DNA of 64,000 bases from Eledone cirrhosa (taxonomy: Eukaryota): the NCBI GenBank assembly GCA_964016885.1, contig OZ024748.1, positions 39,308,001 through 39,372,000 on the forward strand, given 5' to 3'. The notes below the pieces were generated by a model. It made no database searches, was not told where the DNA came from, and saw only the letters and a program-made list of their open reading frames with translations. Positions within the stretch are counted from its first letter, which is position 1. Each line of letters opens with the position of its first letter. Shown here one piece after another: positions 39,101 through 53,400 of the stretch. The position numbers were made by a program, and so were the translations under genes.

Positions 39101-42100
39101 CATTACCATATTTCTAATGAAAGACACAGTCTATGTCATTAATCCTTTCATTACCATATTTCTAATGAAAGTCACTGTCTATGTCATTAACCCTTTCATT
39201 ACCATATTTCTAATGAAAGTCACTGTCTATGTCATTAACCCTTTCATTACCATATTTCTAATGAAAGACTGTCTATGTCATTAACCTTTTCATTACCATA
39301 TTTCTAATAAAAGTCACTGTCTATGTCATTAACCCTTTCATTACCATATTTCTAATGAAAGACACAGTCTATGTCATTAACCCTTTCATTACCATATTTC
39401 TAATGAAAGACACTGTCTATGTCATTAACCTTTTCATTACCATATTTCTAATAAAAGTCACTGTCTATGTCATTAACCCTTTCATTACCATATTTCTAAT
39501 GAAAGACACAGTCTATGTCATTAATCCTTTCATTACCATATTTCTGATGAAAGTCACTGTCTATGTCATTAACCCTTTCATTACCATATTTCTAATAAAA
39601 GTCACTGTCTATGTCATTAACCCTTTCATTACCATATTTCTAATGAAAGTCACTGTCTATGTCATTAACCCTTTCATTACCATATTTCTAATGAAAGACA
39701 CATTCTGTCATTAATCCTTTCATTACCATATTTCTAATGGAAGTCACTGTCTATGTCATTAACCCTTTCATTACCATATTTCTAATGAAAGTCACTGTCT
39801 ATGTCATTAACCCTTTCATTACCATATTTCTAATGAAAGACACTGCCTATGTGATTAAGCCTGTCATTACCATATTTCTAATGAAAGTAACTGTCTATGT
39901 CATTAACCCTTTCATTACCATATTTCTAATGAAAGACACTGTCTATGTCATTAACCCTTTCATTACCATATTTCTAATGAAAGACACTGTCTATGTGATT
40001 AACGCTGTCATTACCATATTTCTAATGAAATTTACTGTTTATGTCAGTAACCCTGTCATTACCATATTTCTAATGAAAGTCACTGTCTATGTCATTAACC
40101 CTTTCATTACCATATTTCTAATGAAAGACACTGTCTAAGTGATTAACCCTGTCGTTACCATATTTCTAATGAAAGTTACTGTCTATGTCAGTAACCCTGT
40201 CATTACCAAATTTCTAATGAAAGACACTGTCTATATCATTAACCCTTTCATTACCATATTTCTAATGAAAGACACTGTCTATTTCATTAACCCTTTCATT
40301 ACCATATTTCTAATGAAAGACACTGTCTATGTCATTAACCCTTTCATTACCATATTTCTAATGAAAGACACTGTCTATGTCATTAACCCTTTCATTACCA
40401 TATTTCTAATGAAAGTCACTGTCTATGTCATTAACCCTTTCATTACCCTATTTCTAATGAAAGACACTGTCTATGTCATTAACCCTTTCATTACCATATT
40501 TCTAATGAAAGTCACTGTCTATGTCATTAACCCTTTCATTACCATATTTCTAATGAAAGTCACTGTCTATTTCATTAACCCTTTCATTAGCATATTTCTA
40601 ATGAAAGACACTGTCTATGTCATTAACCCTTTCATTACCATATTTCTAATGAAAGACACTGTCTATGTCATTAACCCTTTCATTACCATATTTCTAATGA
40701 AAGTCACTGTCTAAGTGATTAACCCTGTCGTTACCATATTTCTAATGAAAGTTACTGTCTATGTCAGTAACCCTGTCATTACCAAATTTCTAATGAAAGA
40801 CACTGTCTATATCATTAACCCTTTCATTACCATATTTCTAATGAAAGACACATTCTATGTCATTAATCCTTTCATTACCATATATCTAATGGAAGTCACT
40901 GTCTATGTCATTAACCCTTTCATTACCATATTTCTAATGAAAGTGACTGTCTATGTCATTAACCCTTTCATTACCATATTTCTAATGAACGTCACTGTCT
41001 ATGTCATTAACCCTTTCATTTCCATATTTCTAATGAAAGACACAGTCTATGTCATTAATCCTTTCATTACCATATTTCTAATGAAAGTCACTGTCTATGT
41101 CATTAACCCTTTCATTACCATATTTCGAATGAAAGACACTGTTTATTTCATTAACCCTTTCATTACCATATTTCTAATGAAAGACACTGTCTATGTCATT
41201 AACCCTTTCATTACCATATTTCTAATGAAAGACACTGTCTATTTCATTAACCCTTTCATTACCATATTTCTAATGAAAGTCACTGTCTATGTCATTAACC
41301 CTTTCATTACCATATTTCTAATGAAAGACACTGTCTATGTGATTAACCCTGTCATTACCATATTTCTAATGAAAGTTACTGTCTATGTCAGTAACCCTGT
41401 CATTACCATATTTCTAATGAAAGTCACTGTCTATGTCATTAACCCTTTCATTACCATATTTCTGAGACTGTCTATTTTATTAACCCTTTCATTACCAAAT
41501 TTCTAATGAAAGACACTGTCTATGTCATTAACCCTTTCATTACCATATTTCTAATGAAAGACACTGTTTATTTCATTAACCCTTTCATTACCATATTTCG
41601 AATGAAAGACACTGTCTATGTGATTAACCCTGTCATTACCATATTTCTAATGAAATTTACTGTCTATGTGAGTAACCCTGTCATTACCATATTTCTAATG
41701 AAAGTCACTCTCTATGTCATTAACCCTTTCATTACCATATTTCTAATGAAAGACACTGTCTATTTCATTAACCCTTTCATTACCATATTTATAATGAAAG
41801 TCACAGTCTATGTCATTAATCCTTTCATTACCATATTTCTAATGAAAGTCACTGTCTATGTCATTAACCCTTTCATTACCATATTTCTAATGAAAGACAC
41901 TGTCTATGTGATTAACCCTGTCATTACCATATTTCTAATGAAATTTACTGTCTATGTCAGTAACCCTGTCATTACCATATTTCTAATGAAAGTCACTGTC
42001 TATGTCATTAACCCTTTCATTACCATATTTCTAATGAAAGACACTGTCTATGTGATTAACCCTGTCATTACCATATTTCTAATGAAATTTACTGTTTATG

Positions 42101-45100
42101 TCAGTAACCCTGTCATTACCATATTTCTAATGAAAGTCACTGTCTATGTCAGTAACCCTGTCATTACCAAATTTCTAATGAAAGACACTGTCTATATCAT
42201 TAACCCTTTCATTACCATATTTCTAATGAAAGACACTGTCTATTTCATTAACCCTTTCATTACCATATTTCTAATGAAAGACACTGTCTATGTCATTAAC
42301 CCTTTCATTACCATATTTCTAATGAAAGTCACTGTCTATGTCATTAACCCTTTCATTACCATATTTCTAATGAAAGACACATTCTATGTCATTAATCCTT
42401 TCATTACCATATTTCTAATGGAAGTCACTGTCTATGTCATTAACCCTTTCATTACCATATTTCTAATGAAAGTGACTGTCTATGTCATTAACCCTTTCAT
42501 TACCATATTTCTAATGAAAGTCACTGTCTATGTCATTAACCCTTTCATTACCATATTTCTAATGAAAGTCACTGTCTATGTCATTAACCCTTTCATTACC
42601 ATATTTCTAATGAAAGACACTGTCTATTTCATTAACCCTTTCATTACCATATTTCTAATGAAAGACACTGTCTATGTCATTAACCCTTTCATTACCATAT
42701 TTCTAATGAAAGTCACTGTCTATGTCATTAACCCTTTCATTACCATATTTCTAATGAAAGACACATTCTATGTCATTAATCCTTTCATTACCATATTTCT
42801 AATGGAAGTCACTGTCTATGTCATTAACCCTTTCATTACCATATTTCTAATGAAAGTGACTGTCTATGTCATTAACCCTTTCATTACCATATTTCTAATG
42901 AAAGTCACTGTCTATGTCATTAACCCTTTCATTTCCATATTTCTAATGAAAGACACAGTCTATGTCATTAATCCTTTCATTACCATATTTCTAATGAAAG
43001 TCACTGTCTATGTCATTAACCCTTTCATTACCATATTTCTAATAAAAGTCACTGTCTATTTCATTAACCCTTTCATTACCATATTTCTAATGAAAGACAC
43101 TGTCTATGTCATTAATCCTTTCATTACCATATTTCTAATGGAAGTCACTGTCTATGTCATTAACCCTTTCATTACCATATTTCTAATGAAAGTCACTGTC
43201 TATCTCATTAACCCTTTCATTACCATATTTCTAATGAAAGACACTGTCTATTTCATTAACCCTTTCATTACCATATTTCTAATGAAAAACACTGTCTATG
43301 TCATTAACCCTTTCATTACCATATTTCTAATGAAAGACACTGTCTATGTCATTAACCCTTTCATTACCCTATTTCTAATGAAAGACACTGCCAATGTCAT
43401 TAACCCTTTCATTACCATATTTCTGACACTGTCTATGTCATTAATCCTTTCATTACCATATTTCTAATAAAAGACACTGTCTATATCATTAACCCTTTCA
43501 TTACCATGTTTCTAATGAAAGACACTGTCTATGCAATTAACCCTTTCATTAACATATTTCTCACAAAAGCCACTGTTTATGTCATTGACCATTTCATTAC
43601 CATATTTCTAATGAAAGACATTGTCTATGTCAATAACACATTCATTACCATATTTCTAATGAAAGACACTGCCGATGTCATTAACCCTTTCATTACCATA
43701 TTTCTAATGAAAGACACTGTTTATTTCATTAACCCTTTCATTACCATATTTCTAATGAAAGACACTGTCTATTTCATTAACCCTTTCATTACCATATTTC
43801 TAATGAAAGACACTGTCTATTTCATTAACCCTTTCATTACCATATTTCTAATGAAAGTCACAGTCTATGTCATTAATCCTTTCATTACCATATTTCTAAT
43901 GAAAGTCACTGTCTATGTCATTAACCCTTTCATTACCATATTTCTAATGAAAGACACTGTCTATGTGATTAAGCCTGTCATTACCATATTTCTAATGAAA
44001 GTTACTGTCTATGTCAGTAACCCTGTCTTTACCATATTTCTAATGAAAATCACTGTCTATGTCATTAACCCTTTCATTACCATATTTCTAATGAAAGACA
44101 CTGTCTATGTCATTAACCCTTTCATTACCATATATCTAATGAAAGTCACTGTCTATGTCATTAACCCTTTCATTACCATATTTCTAATGAAAGACACTGT
44201 CTATGTGTTTAAGCCTGTCATTACCATATTTCTAATGAAAGTTACTGTCTATGTCAGTAACCCTGTCATTACCATATTTCTAATGAAAGTCACTGTCTAT
44301 GACATTAACCCTTTCATTACCATATTTCTAATGAAAGACACTGTCTATGTCATTAACACTTTCATTACCATATTTCTAATGAAAGACACTGCCTATGTCA
44401 TTAACACTTTCATTACCATATTTCTAATGTAAGACACTGTCTGTCATTAACCCTGTCATTACTATATTTCTAATGAAAGACACTGCCTATGTCATTAATC
44501 CTTTCATTACCATATTTCTAATGAAAGTCACTGTCTATGTCATTAATCCTTTCATTACCATATTTCTAATGAAAGTCACTGTCTATGTCATTAACCCTTT
44601 CATTACCATATTTCTAATGAAAGACACTGTCTATGTGATTAACCCTGTCGTTACCATATTTCTAATGAAAGTTACTGTCTATGTCAGTAACCCTGTCATT
44701 ACCATATTTCTAATGAAAGACACTGTCTATGCAATTAACCCTTTCATTAACATATTTCTCACAAAATCCACTGTTTGTGTCATTGACCATTTCATTACCA
44801 TATTTCTAATGAAAGACATTGTCTATGTCAATAACACTTTCATTACCATATTTCTAATGAAAGACACTGCCTATGTCATTAACACTTTCATTACCATATT
44901 TCTAATAAAAGTCACTGTCTATGTCATTAACCCTTTCATTACCATATTTCTAATGAAAGTCACTGTCTATGTCATTAACCCTTTCATTACCATATTTCTA
45001 ATGAAAGACACATTCTATGTCATTAATCCTTTCATTACCATATTTCTAATGGAAGTCACTGTCTATGTCATTAACCCTTTCATTACCATATTCCTAATGA

Positions 45101-48100
45101 AAGTCACTGTCTATGTCATTAACCCTTTCATTACCATATTTCTAATGAAAGTCACTGTCTATGTCATTAACCCTTTCATTTCCATATTTCTAATGAAAGA
45201 CACAGTCTATGTCATTAATCCTTTCATTACCATATTTCTAATGAAAGTCACTGTCTATGTCATTAACCCTTTCATTACCATATTTCTAATAAAAGTCACT
45301 GTCTATTTCATTAACCCTTTCATTACCATATTTCTAATGAAAGACACTGTCTATGTCATTAATCCTTTCATTACCATATTTCTAATGGAAGTCACTGTCT
45401 ATGTCATTAACCCTTTCATTACCATATTTCTAATGAAAGTCACTGTCTATCTCATTAACCCTTTCATTACCATATTTCTAATGAAAGACACTGTCTATTT
45501 CATTAACCCTTTCATTACCATATTTCTAATGAAAAACACTGTCTATGTCATTAACCCTTTCATTACCATATTTCTAATGAAAGACACTGTCTATGTCATT
45601 AACCCTTTCATTACCCTATTTCTAATGAAAGACACTGCCAATGTCATTAACCCTTTCATTACCATATTTCTGACACTGTCTATGTCATTAATCCTTTCAT
45701 TACCATATTTCTAATAAAAGACACTGTCTATATCATTAACCCTTTCATTACCATGTTTCTAATGAAAGACACTGTCTATGCAATTAACCCTTTCATTAAC
45801 ATATTTCTCACAAAAGCCACTGTTTATGTCATTGACCATTTCATTACCATATTTCTAATGAAAGACATTGTCTATGTCAATAACACATTCATTACCATAT
45901 TTCTAATGAAAGACACTGCCGATGTCATTAACCCTTTCATTACCATATTTCTAATGAAAGACACTGTTTATTTCATTAACCCTTTCATTACCATATTTCT
46001 AATGAAAGACACTGTCTATTTCATTAACCCTTTCATTACCATATTTCTAATGAAAGACACTGTCTATTTCATTATCCCTTTCATTACCATATTTCTAATG
46101 AAAGTCACAGTCTATGTCATTAATCCTTTCATTACCATATTTCTAATGAAAGTCACTGTCTATGTCATTAACCCTTTCATTACCATATTTCTAATGAAAG
46201 ACACTGTCTATGTGATTAAGCCTGTCATTACCATATTTCTAATGAAAGTTACTGTCTATGTCAGTAACCCTGTCTTTACCATATTTCTAATGAAAATCAC
46301 TGTCTATGTCATTAACCCTTTCATTACCATATTTCTAATGAAAGACACTGTCTATGTCATTAACCCTTTCATTACCATATATCTAATGAAAGTCACTGTC
46401 TATGTCATTAACCCTTTCATTACCATATTTCTAATGAAAGACACTGTCTATGTGTTTAAGCCTGTCATTACCATATTTCTAATGAAAGTTACTGTCTATG
46501 TCAGTAACCCTGTCATTACCATATTTCTAATGAAAGTCACTGTCTATGACATTAACCCTTTCATTACCATATTTCTAATGAAAGACACTGTCTATGTCAT
46601 TAACACTTTCATTACCATATTTCTAATGAAAGACACTGCCTATGTCATTAACACTTTCATTACCATATTTCTAATGTAAGACACTGTCTGTCATTAACCC
46701 TGTCATTACTATATTTCTAATGAAAGACACTGCCTATGTCATTAATCCTTTCATTACCATATTTCTAATGAAAGTCACTGTCTATGTCATTAATCCTTTC
46801 ATTACCATATTTCTAATGAAAGTCACTGTCTATGTCATTAACCCTTTCATTACCATATTTCTAATGAAAGACACTGTCTATGTGATTAACCCTGTCGTTA
46901 CCATATTTCTAATGAAAGTTACTGTCTATGTCAGTAACCCTGTCATTACCATATTTCTAATGAAAGACACTGTCTATGCAATTAACCCTTTCATTAACAT
47001 ATTTCTCACAAAATCCACTGTTTGTGTCATTGACCATTTCATTACCATATTTCTAATGAAAGACATTGTCTATGTCAATAACACTTTCATTACCATATTT
47101 CTAATGAAAGACACTGCCTATGTCATTAACACTTTCATTACCATATTTCTAATAAAAGTCACTGTCTATGTCATTAACCCTTTCATTACCATATTTCTAA
47201 TGAAAGTCACTGTCTATGTCATTAACCCTTTCATTACCATATTTCTAATGAAAGACACATTCTATGTCATTAATCCTTTCATTACCATATTTCTAATGGA
47301 AGTCACTGTCTATGTCATTAACCCTTTCATTACCATATTCCTAATGAAAGTCACTGTCTATGTCATTAACCCTTTCATTACCATATTTCTAATGAAAGTC
47401 ACTGTCTATGTCATTAACCCTTTCATTACCATATTTCTAATGAAAGACACAGTCTATGTCATTAATCCTTTCATTACCATATTTCTAGTGAAAGTCACTG
47501 TCTATGTCATTAACCCTTTCATTACCATATTTCTAATGAAAGTCACTGTCTATGTCATTAACCCTTTCATTACCATATTTCTAATGAAAGACACTGTCTA
47601 TGTCATTAACCTTTTCATTACCATATTTCTAATAAAAGTCACTGTCTATGTCATTAACCCTTTCATTACCATATTTCTAATGAAAGACACAGTCTATGTC
47701 ATTAATCCTTTCATTACCATATTTCTAATGAAAGTCACTGTCTATGTCATTAACCCTTTCATTACCATATTTCTAATGAAAGTCACTGTCTATGTCATTA
47801 ACCTTTTCATTACCATATTTCTAATAAAAGTCACTGTCTATGTCATTAACCCTTTCATTACCATATTTCTAATGAAAGACACAGTCTATGTCATTAACCC
47901 TTTCATTACCATATTTCTAATGAAAGACACTGTCTATGTCATTAACCTTTTCATTACCATATTTCTAATAAAAGTCACTGTCTATGTCATTAACCCTTTC
48001 ATTACCATATTTCTAATGAAAGACACAGTCTATGTCATTAATCCTTTCATTACCATATTTCTGATGAAAGTCACTGTCTATGTCATTAACCCTTTCATTA

Positions 48101-50450
48101 CCATATTTCTAATAAAAGTCACTGTCTATGTCATTAACCCTTTCATTACCATATTTCTAATGAAAGTCACTGTCTATGTCATTAACCCTTTCATTACCAT
48201 ATTTCTAATGAAAGACACATTCTGTCATTAATCCTTTCATTACCATATTTCTAATGGAAGTCACTGTCTATGTCATTAACCCTTTCATTACCATATTTCT
48301 AATGAAAGTCACTGTCTATGTCATTAACCCTTTCATTACCATATTTCTAATGAAAGACACTGCCTATGTGATTAAGCCTGTCATTACCATATTTCTAATG
48401 AAAGTCACTGTCTATGTCATTAACCCTTTCATTACCATATTTCTAATGAAAGACACTGTCTATGTCATTAACCCTTTCATTACCATATTTCTAATGAAAG
48501 ACACTGTCTATGTGATTAACGCTGTCATTACCATATTTCTAATGAAATTTACTGTTTATGTCAGTAACCCTGTCATTACCATATTTCTAATGAAAGTCAC
48601 TGTCTATGTCATTAACCCTTTCATTACCATATTTCTAATGAAAGACACTGTCTAAGTGATTAACCCTGTCGTTACCATATTTCTAATGAAAGTTACTGTC
48701 TATGTCAGTAACCCTGTCATTACCAAATTTCTAATGAAAGACACTGTCTATATCATTAACCCTTTCATTACCATATTTCTAATGAAAGACACTGTCTATT
48801 TCATTAACCCTTTCATTACCATATTTCTAATGAAAGACACTGTCTATGTCATTAACCCTTTCATTACCATATTTCTAATGAAAGACACTGTCTATGTCAT
48901 TAACCCTTTCATTACCATATTTCTAATGAAAGTCACTGTCTATGTCATTAACCCTTTCATTACCCTATTTCTAATGAAAGACACTGTCTATGTAATTAAC
49001 CCTTTCATTACCATATTTCTAATGAAAGTCACTGTCTATGTCATTAACCCTTTCATTACCATATTTCTAATGAAAGTCACTGTCTATTTCATTAACCCTT
49101 TCATTAGCATATTTCTAATGAAAGACACTGTCTATGTCATTAACCCTTTCATTACCATATTTCTAATGAAAGACACTGTCTATGTCATTAACCCTTTCAT
49201 TACCATATTTCTAATGAAAGTCACTGTCTATGTCATTAACCCTTTCATTACCATATTTCTAATGAAAGACACATTCTATGTCATTAATCCTTTCATTACC
49301 ATATATCTAATGGAAGTCACTGTCTATGTCATTAACCCTTTCATTACCATATTTCTAATGAAAGTGACTGTCTATGTCATTAACCCTTTCATTACCATAT
49401 TTCTAATGAACGTCACTGTCTATGTCATTAACCCTTTCATTTCCATATTTCTAATGAAAGACACAGTCTATGTCATTAATCCTTTCATTACCATATTTCT
49501 AATGAAAGTCACTGTCTATGTCATTAACCCTTTCATTACCATATTTCGAATGAAAGACACTGTTTATTTCATTAACCCTTTCATTACCATATTTCTAATG
49601 AAAGACACTGTCTATGTCATTAACCCTTTCATTACCATATTTCTAATGAAAGACACTGTCTATTTCATTAACCCTTTCATTACCATATTTCTAATGAAAG
49701 TCACTGTCTATGTCATTAACCCTTTCATTACCATATTTCTAATGAAAGACACTGTCTATGTGATTAACCCTGTCATTACCATATTTCTAATGAAAGTTAC
49801 TGTCTATGTCAGTAACCCTGTCATTACCATATTTCTAATGAAAGTCACTGTCTATGTCATTAACCCTTTCATTACCATATTTCTGAGACTGTCTATTTTA
49901 TTAACCCTTTCATTACCATATTTCTAATGAAAGACACTGTCTATGTCATTAACCCTTTCATTACCATATTTCTAATGAAAGACACTGTTTATTTCATTAA
50001 CCCTTTCATTACCATATTTCGAATGAAAGACACTGTCTATGTGATTAACCCTGTCATTACCATATTTCTAATGAAATTTACTGTCTATGTCAGTAACCCT
50101 GTCATTACCATATTTCTAATGAAAGTCACTCTCTATGTCATTAACCCTTTCATTACCATATTTCTAATGAAAGACACTGTCTATTTCATTAACCCTTTCA
50201 TTACCATATTTATAATGAAAGTCACAGTCTATGTCATTAATCCTTTCATTACCATATTTCTAATGAAAGTCACTGTCTATGTCATTAACCCTTTCATTAC
50301 CATATTTCTAATGAAAGACACTGTCTATGTGATTAACCCTGTCATTACCATATTTCTAATGAAATTTACTGTCTATGTCAGTAACCCTGTCATTACCATA
50401 TTTCTAATGAAAGTCACTGTCTATGTCATTAACCCTTTCATTACCATATT
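27198..50450. repeat. ~10-kb higher-order repeat: two copies (~27198-37246 and ~37247-47250) plus a partial third (~45762-50450)
   Basis: Landmarks 28156/38157, 29354/39355, 29736/39737, 30138/40139 and 36719/46720 are all at offset 10,001; 31409/41506 and 34568/44473 differ from that by +/-96 bp. Private marker AACGCT occurs at 30000, 40001 and 48518. Confidence 0.85.
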
Positions 50451-53400
50451 TCTAATGAAAGACACTGTCTATGTGATTAACCCTGTCGTTTCCATATTTC
50501 TAATGAAAGTTACTGTCTATGTCAGTAACCCTGTCATTACCAAATTTATAATGAAAGACACTGTCTATGTCATTAACCCTTTCATTACCATATTTCTAAT
50601 GAAAGACACTGTCTATTTCATTAACCCTTTCATTACCATATTTATAATGAAACACACTATGTCATTAACCCTTTCATTACCATATTTCTAATGAAAGACA
50701 CTGTCTATGTCATTAACCTTTTCATTACCATATTTCTAATGAAAGTCACTGTCTATGTCATTAACTCTTTCATTACCCTATTTCTAATGAAAGACACTGC
50801 CAATGTCATTAACCCTTTCATTACCATATTTCTGACACTGTCTATGTCATTAACCCTTTCATTACCATATTTCTAATAAAAGACACTGTCTATATCATTA
50901 ACCCTTTCATTACCATATTTCTAATGAAAGACACTGTCTATGCAATTAACCCTTTCATTAACATATTTCTCACAAAAGCCACTGTTTATGTCATTGACCA
51001 TTTCATTACCATATTTCTAATGAAAGACATTGTCTATGTCAATAACACATTCATTACCATATTTCTAATGAAAGACACTGCCGATGTCATTAACCCTTTC
51101 ATTACAATATTTCTGAGACTGTCTATTTCATTAACCCTTTCATTACCATATTTCTAATGAAAGACACTGTCTATGTCATTAACCCTTTCATTACCATATT
51201 TCTAATGAAAGACACTGTTTATTTCATTAACCCTTTCATTACCATATTTCTAATGAAAGACACTGTCTATTTCATTAACCCTTTCATTACCATATTTCCT
51301 ATGAAAGACACTGTCTATTTCATTAACCCTTTCATTACCATATTTCTAATGAAAGTCACAGTCTATCTCATTAATCCTTTCATTACCATATTTCTAATGA
51401 AAGTCACTGTCTATGTCATTAACCCTTTCATTACCATATTTCTAATGAAAGACACTGTCTATGTGATTAACCCTGTCATTACCATATTTCTAATGAAATT
51501 TACTGTCTATGTCAGTAACCCTGTCATTACCATATTTCTAATGAAAGTCACTGTCTATGTCATTAACCCTTTCATTACCATATTTCTAATGAAAGACACT
51601 GTCTAAGTGATTAACCCTGTCGTTACCATATTTCTAATGAAAGTTACTGTCTATGTCAGTAACCCTGTCATTACCAAATTTCTAATGAAAGACACTGTCT
51701 ATATCATTAACCCTTTCATTACCATATTTCTAATGAAAGACACTGTCTATTTCATTAACCCTTTCATTACCATATTTCTAATGAAAGACACTGTCTATGT
51801 CATTAACCCTTTCATTACCATATTTCTAATGAAAGACACTGTCTATGTCATTAACCCTTTCATTACCATATTTCTAATGAAAGTCACTGTCTATGTCATT
51901 AACCCTTTCATTACCCTATTTCTAATGAAAGACACTGTCTATGTCATTAACCCTTTCATTACCATATTTCTAATGAAAGTCACTGTCTATGTCATTAACC
52001 CTTTCATTACCATATTTCTAATGAAAGTCACTGTCTATTTCATTAACCCTTTCATTACCATATTTCTAATGAAAGACACTGTCTATGTCATTAACCCTTT
52101 CATTACCATATTTCTAATGAAAGACACTGTCTATGTCATTAACCCTTTCATTACCATATTTCTAATGAAAGTCACTGTCTATCTCATTAACCCTTTCATT
52201 ACCATATTTCTAATGAAAGACACATTCTATGTCATTAATCCTTTCATTACCATATTTCTAATGGAAGTCACTGTCTATGTCATTAACCCTTTCATTACCA
52301 TATTTCTAATGAAAGTGACTGTCTATGTCATTAACCCTTTCATTACCATATTTCTAATGAAAGTCACTGTCTATGTCATTAACCCTTTCATTTCCATATT
52401 TCTAATGAAAGACACAGCCTATGTCATTAATCCTTTCATTACCATATTTCTAATGAAAGTCACAGTCTATATCATTAACCCTTTCATTACCATATTTCTA
52501 ATAAAAGTCACTGTCTATTTCATTAACCCTTTCATTACCATATTTCTAATGAAAGACACTGTCTATGTCATTAACCCTTTCATTACCATATTTCGAATGA
52601 AAGACACTGTTTATTTCATTAACCCTTTCATTACCATATTTCTAATGAAAGACACTGTCTATGTCATTAACCCTTTCATTACCATATTTCTAATGAAAGA
52701 CACTGTCTATTTCATTAACTCTTTCATTACCATATTTCTAATGAAAGTCACTGTCTATGTCATTAACCGTTTCATTACCATATTTCTAATGAAAGACACT
52801 GTCTATGTGATTAACCCTGTCATTACCATATTTCTAATGAAAGTTACTGTCTATGTCAGTAACCCTGTCATTACCATATTTCTAATGAAAGTCACTGTCT
52901 ATGTCATTAACCCTTTCATTACCATATTTCTAATGAAAGACACTGTCTATGTGATTAACCCTGTCGTTACCATATTTCTAATGAAAGTCACTGTCTATGT
53001 CATTAACCCTTTCATTACCATATTTCTAATGAAAGACACTGTCTATGTGATTAACCCTGTCGTTACCATATTTCTAATGAAAGTTACTGTCTATGTCAGT
53101 AACCCTGTCATTACCATATTTCTAATGAAAGACACTGTCTATGTCATTAACCCTTTCATTACCATATTTCTAATGAAAGACACTGTCTATTTCATTAACC
53201 CTTTCATTACCATATTTCTAATGAAACTCACTGTCTATGTCATTAACCCTTTCATTACCATATTTCTAATGAAAGACACTGTCTATGTGATTAACCCTGT
53301 CATTACCATATTTCTAATGAAAGTCACTGTCTATGTCATTAACCCTTTCATTACCATATTTCTAATGAAAGACACATTCTATGTCATTAATCCTTTCATT

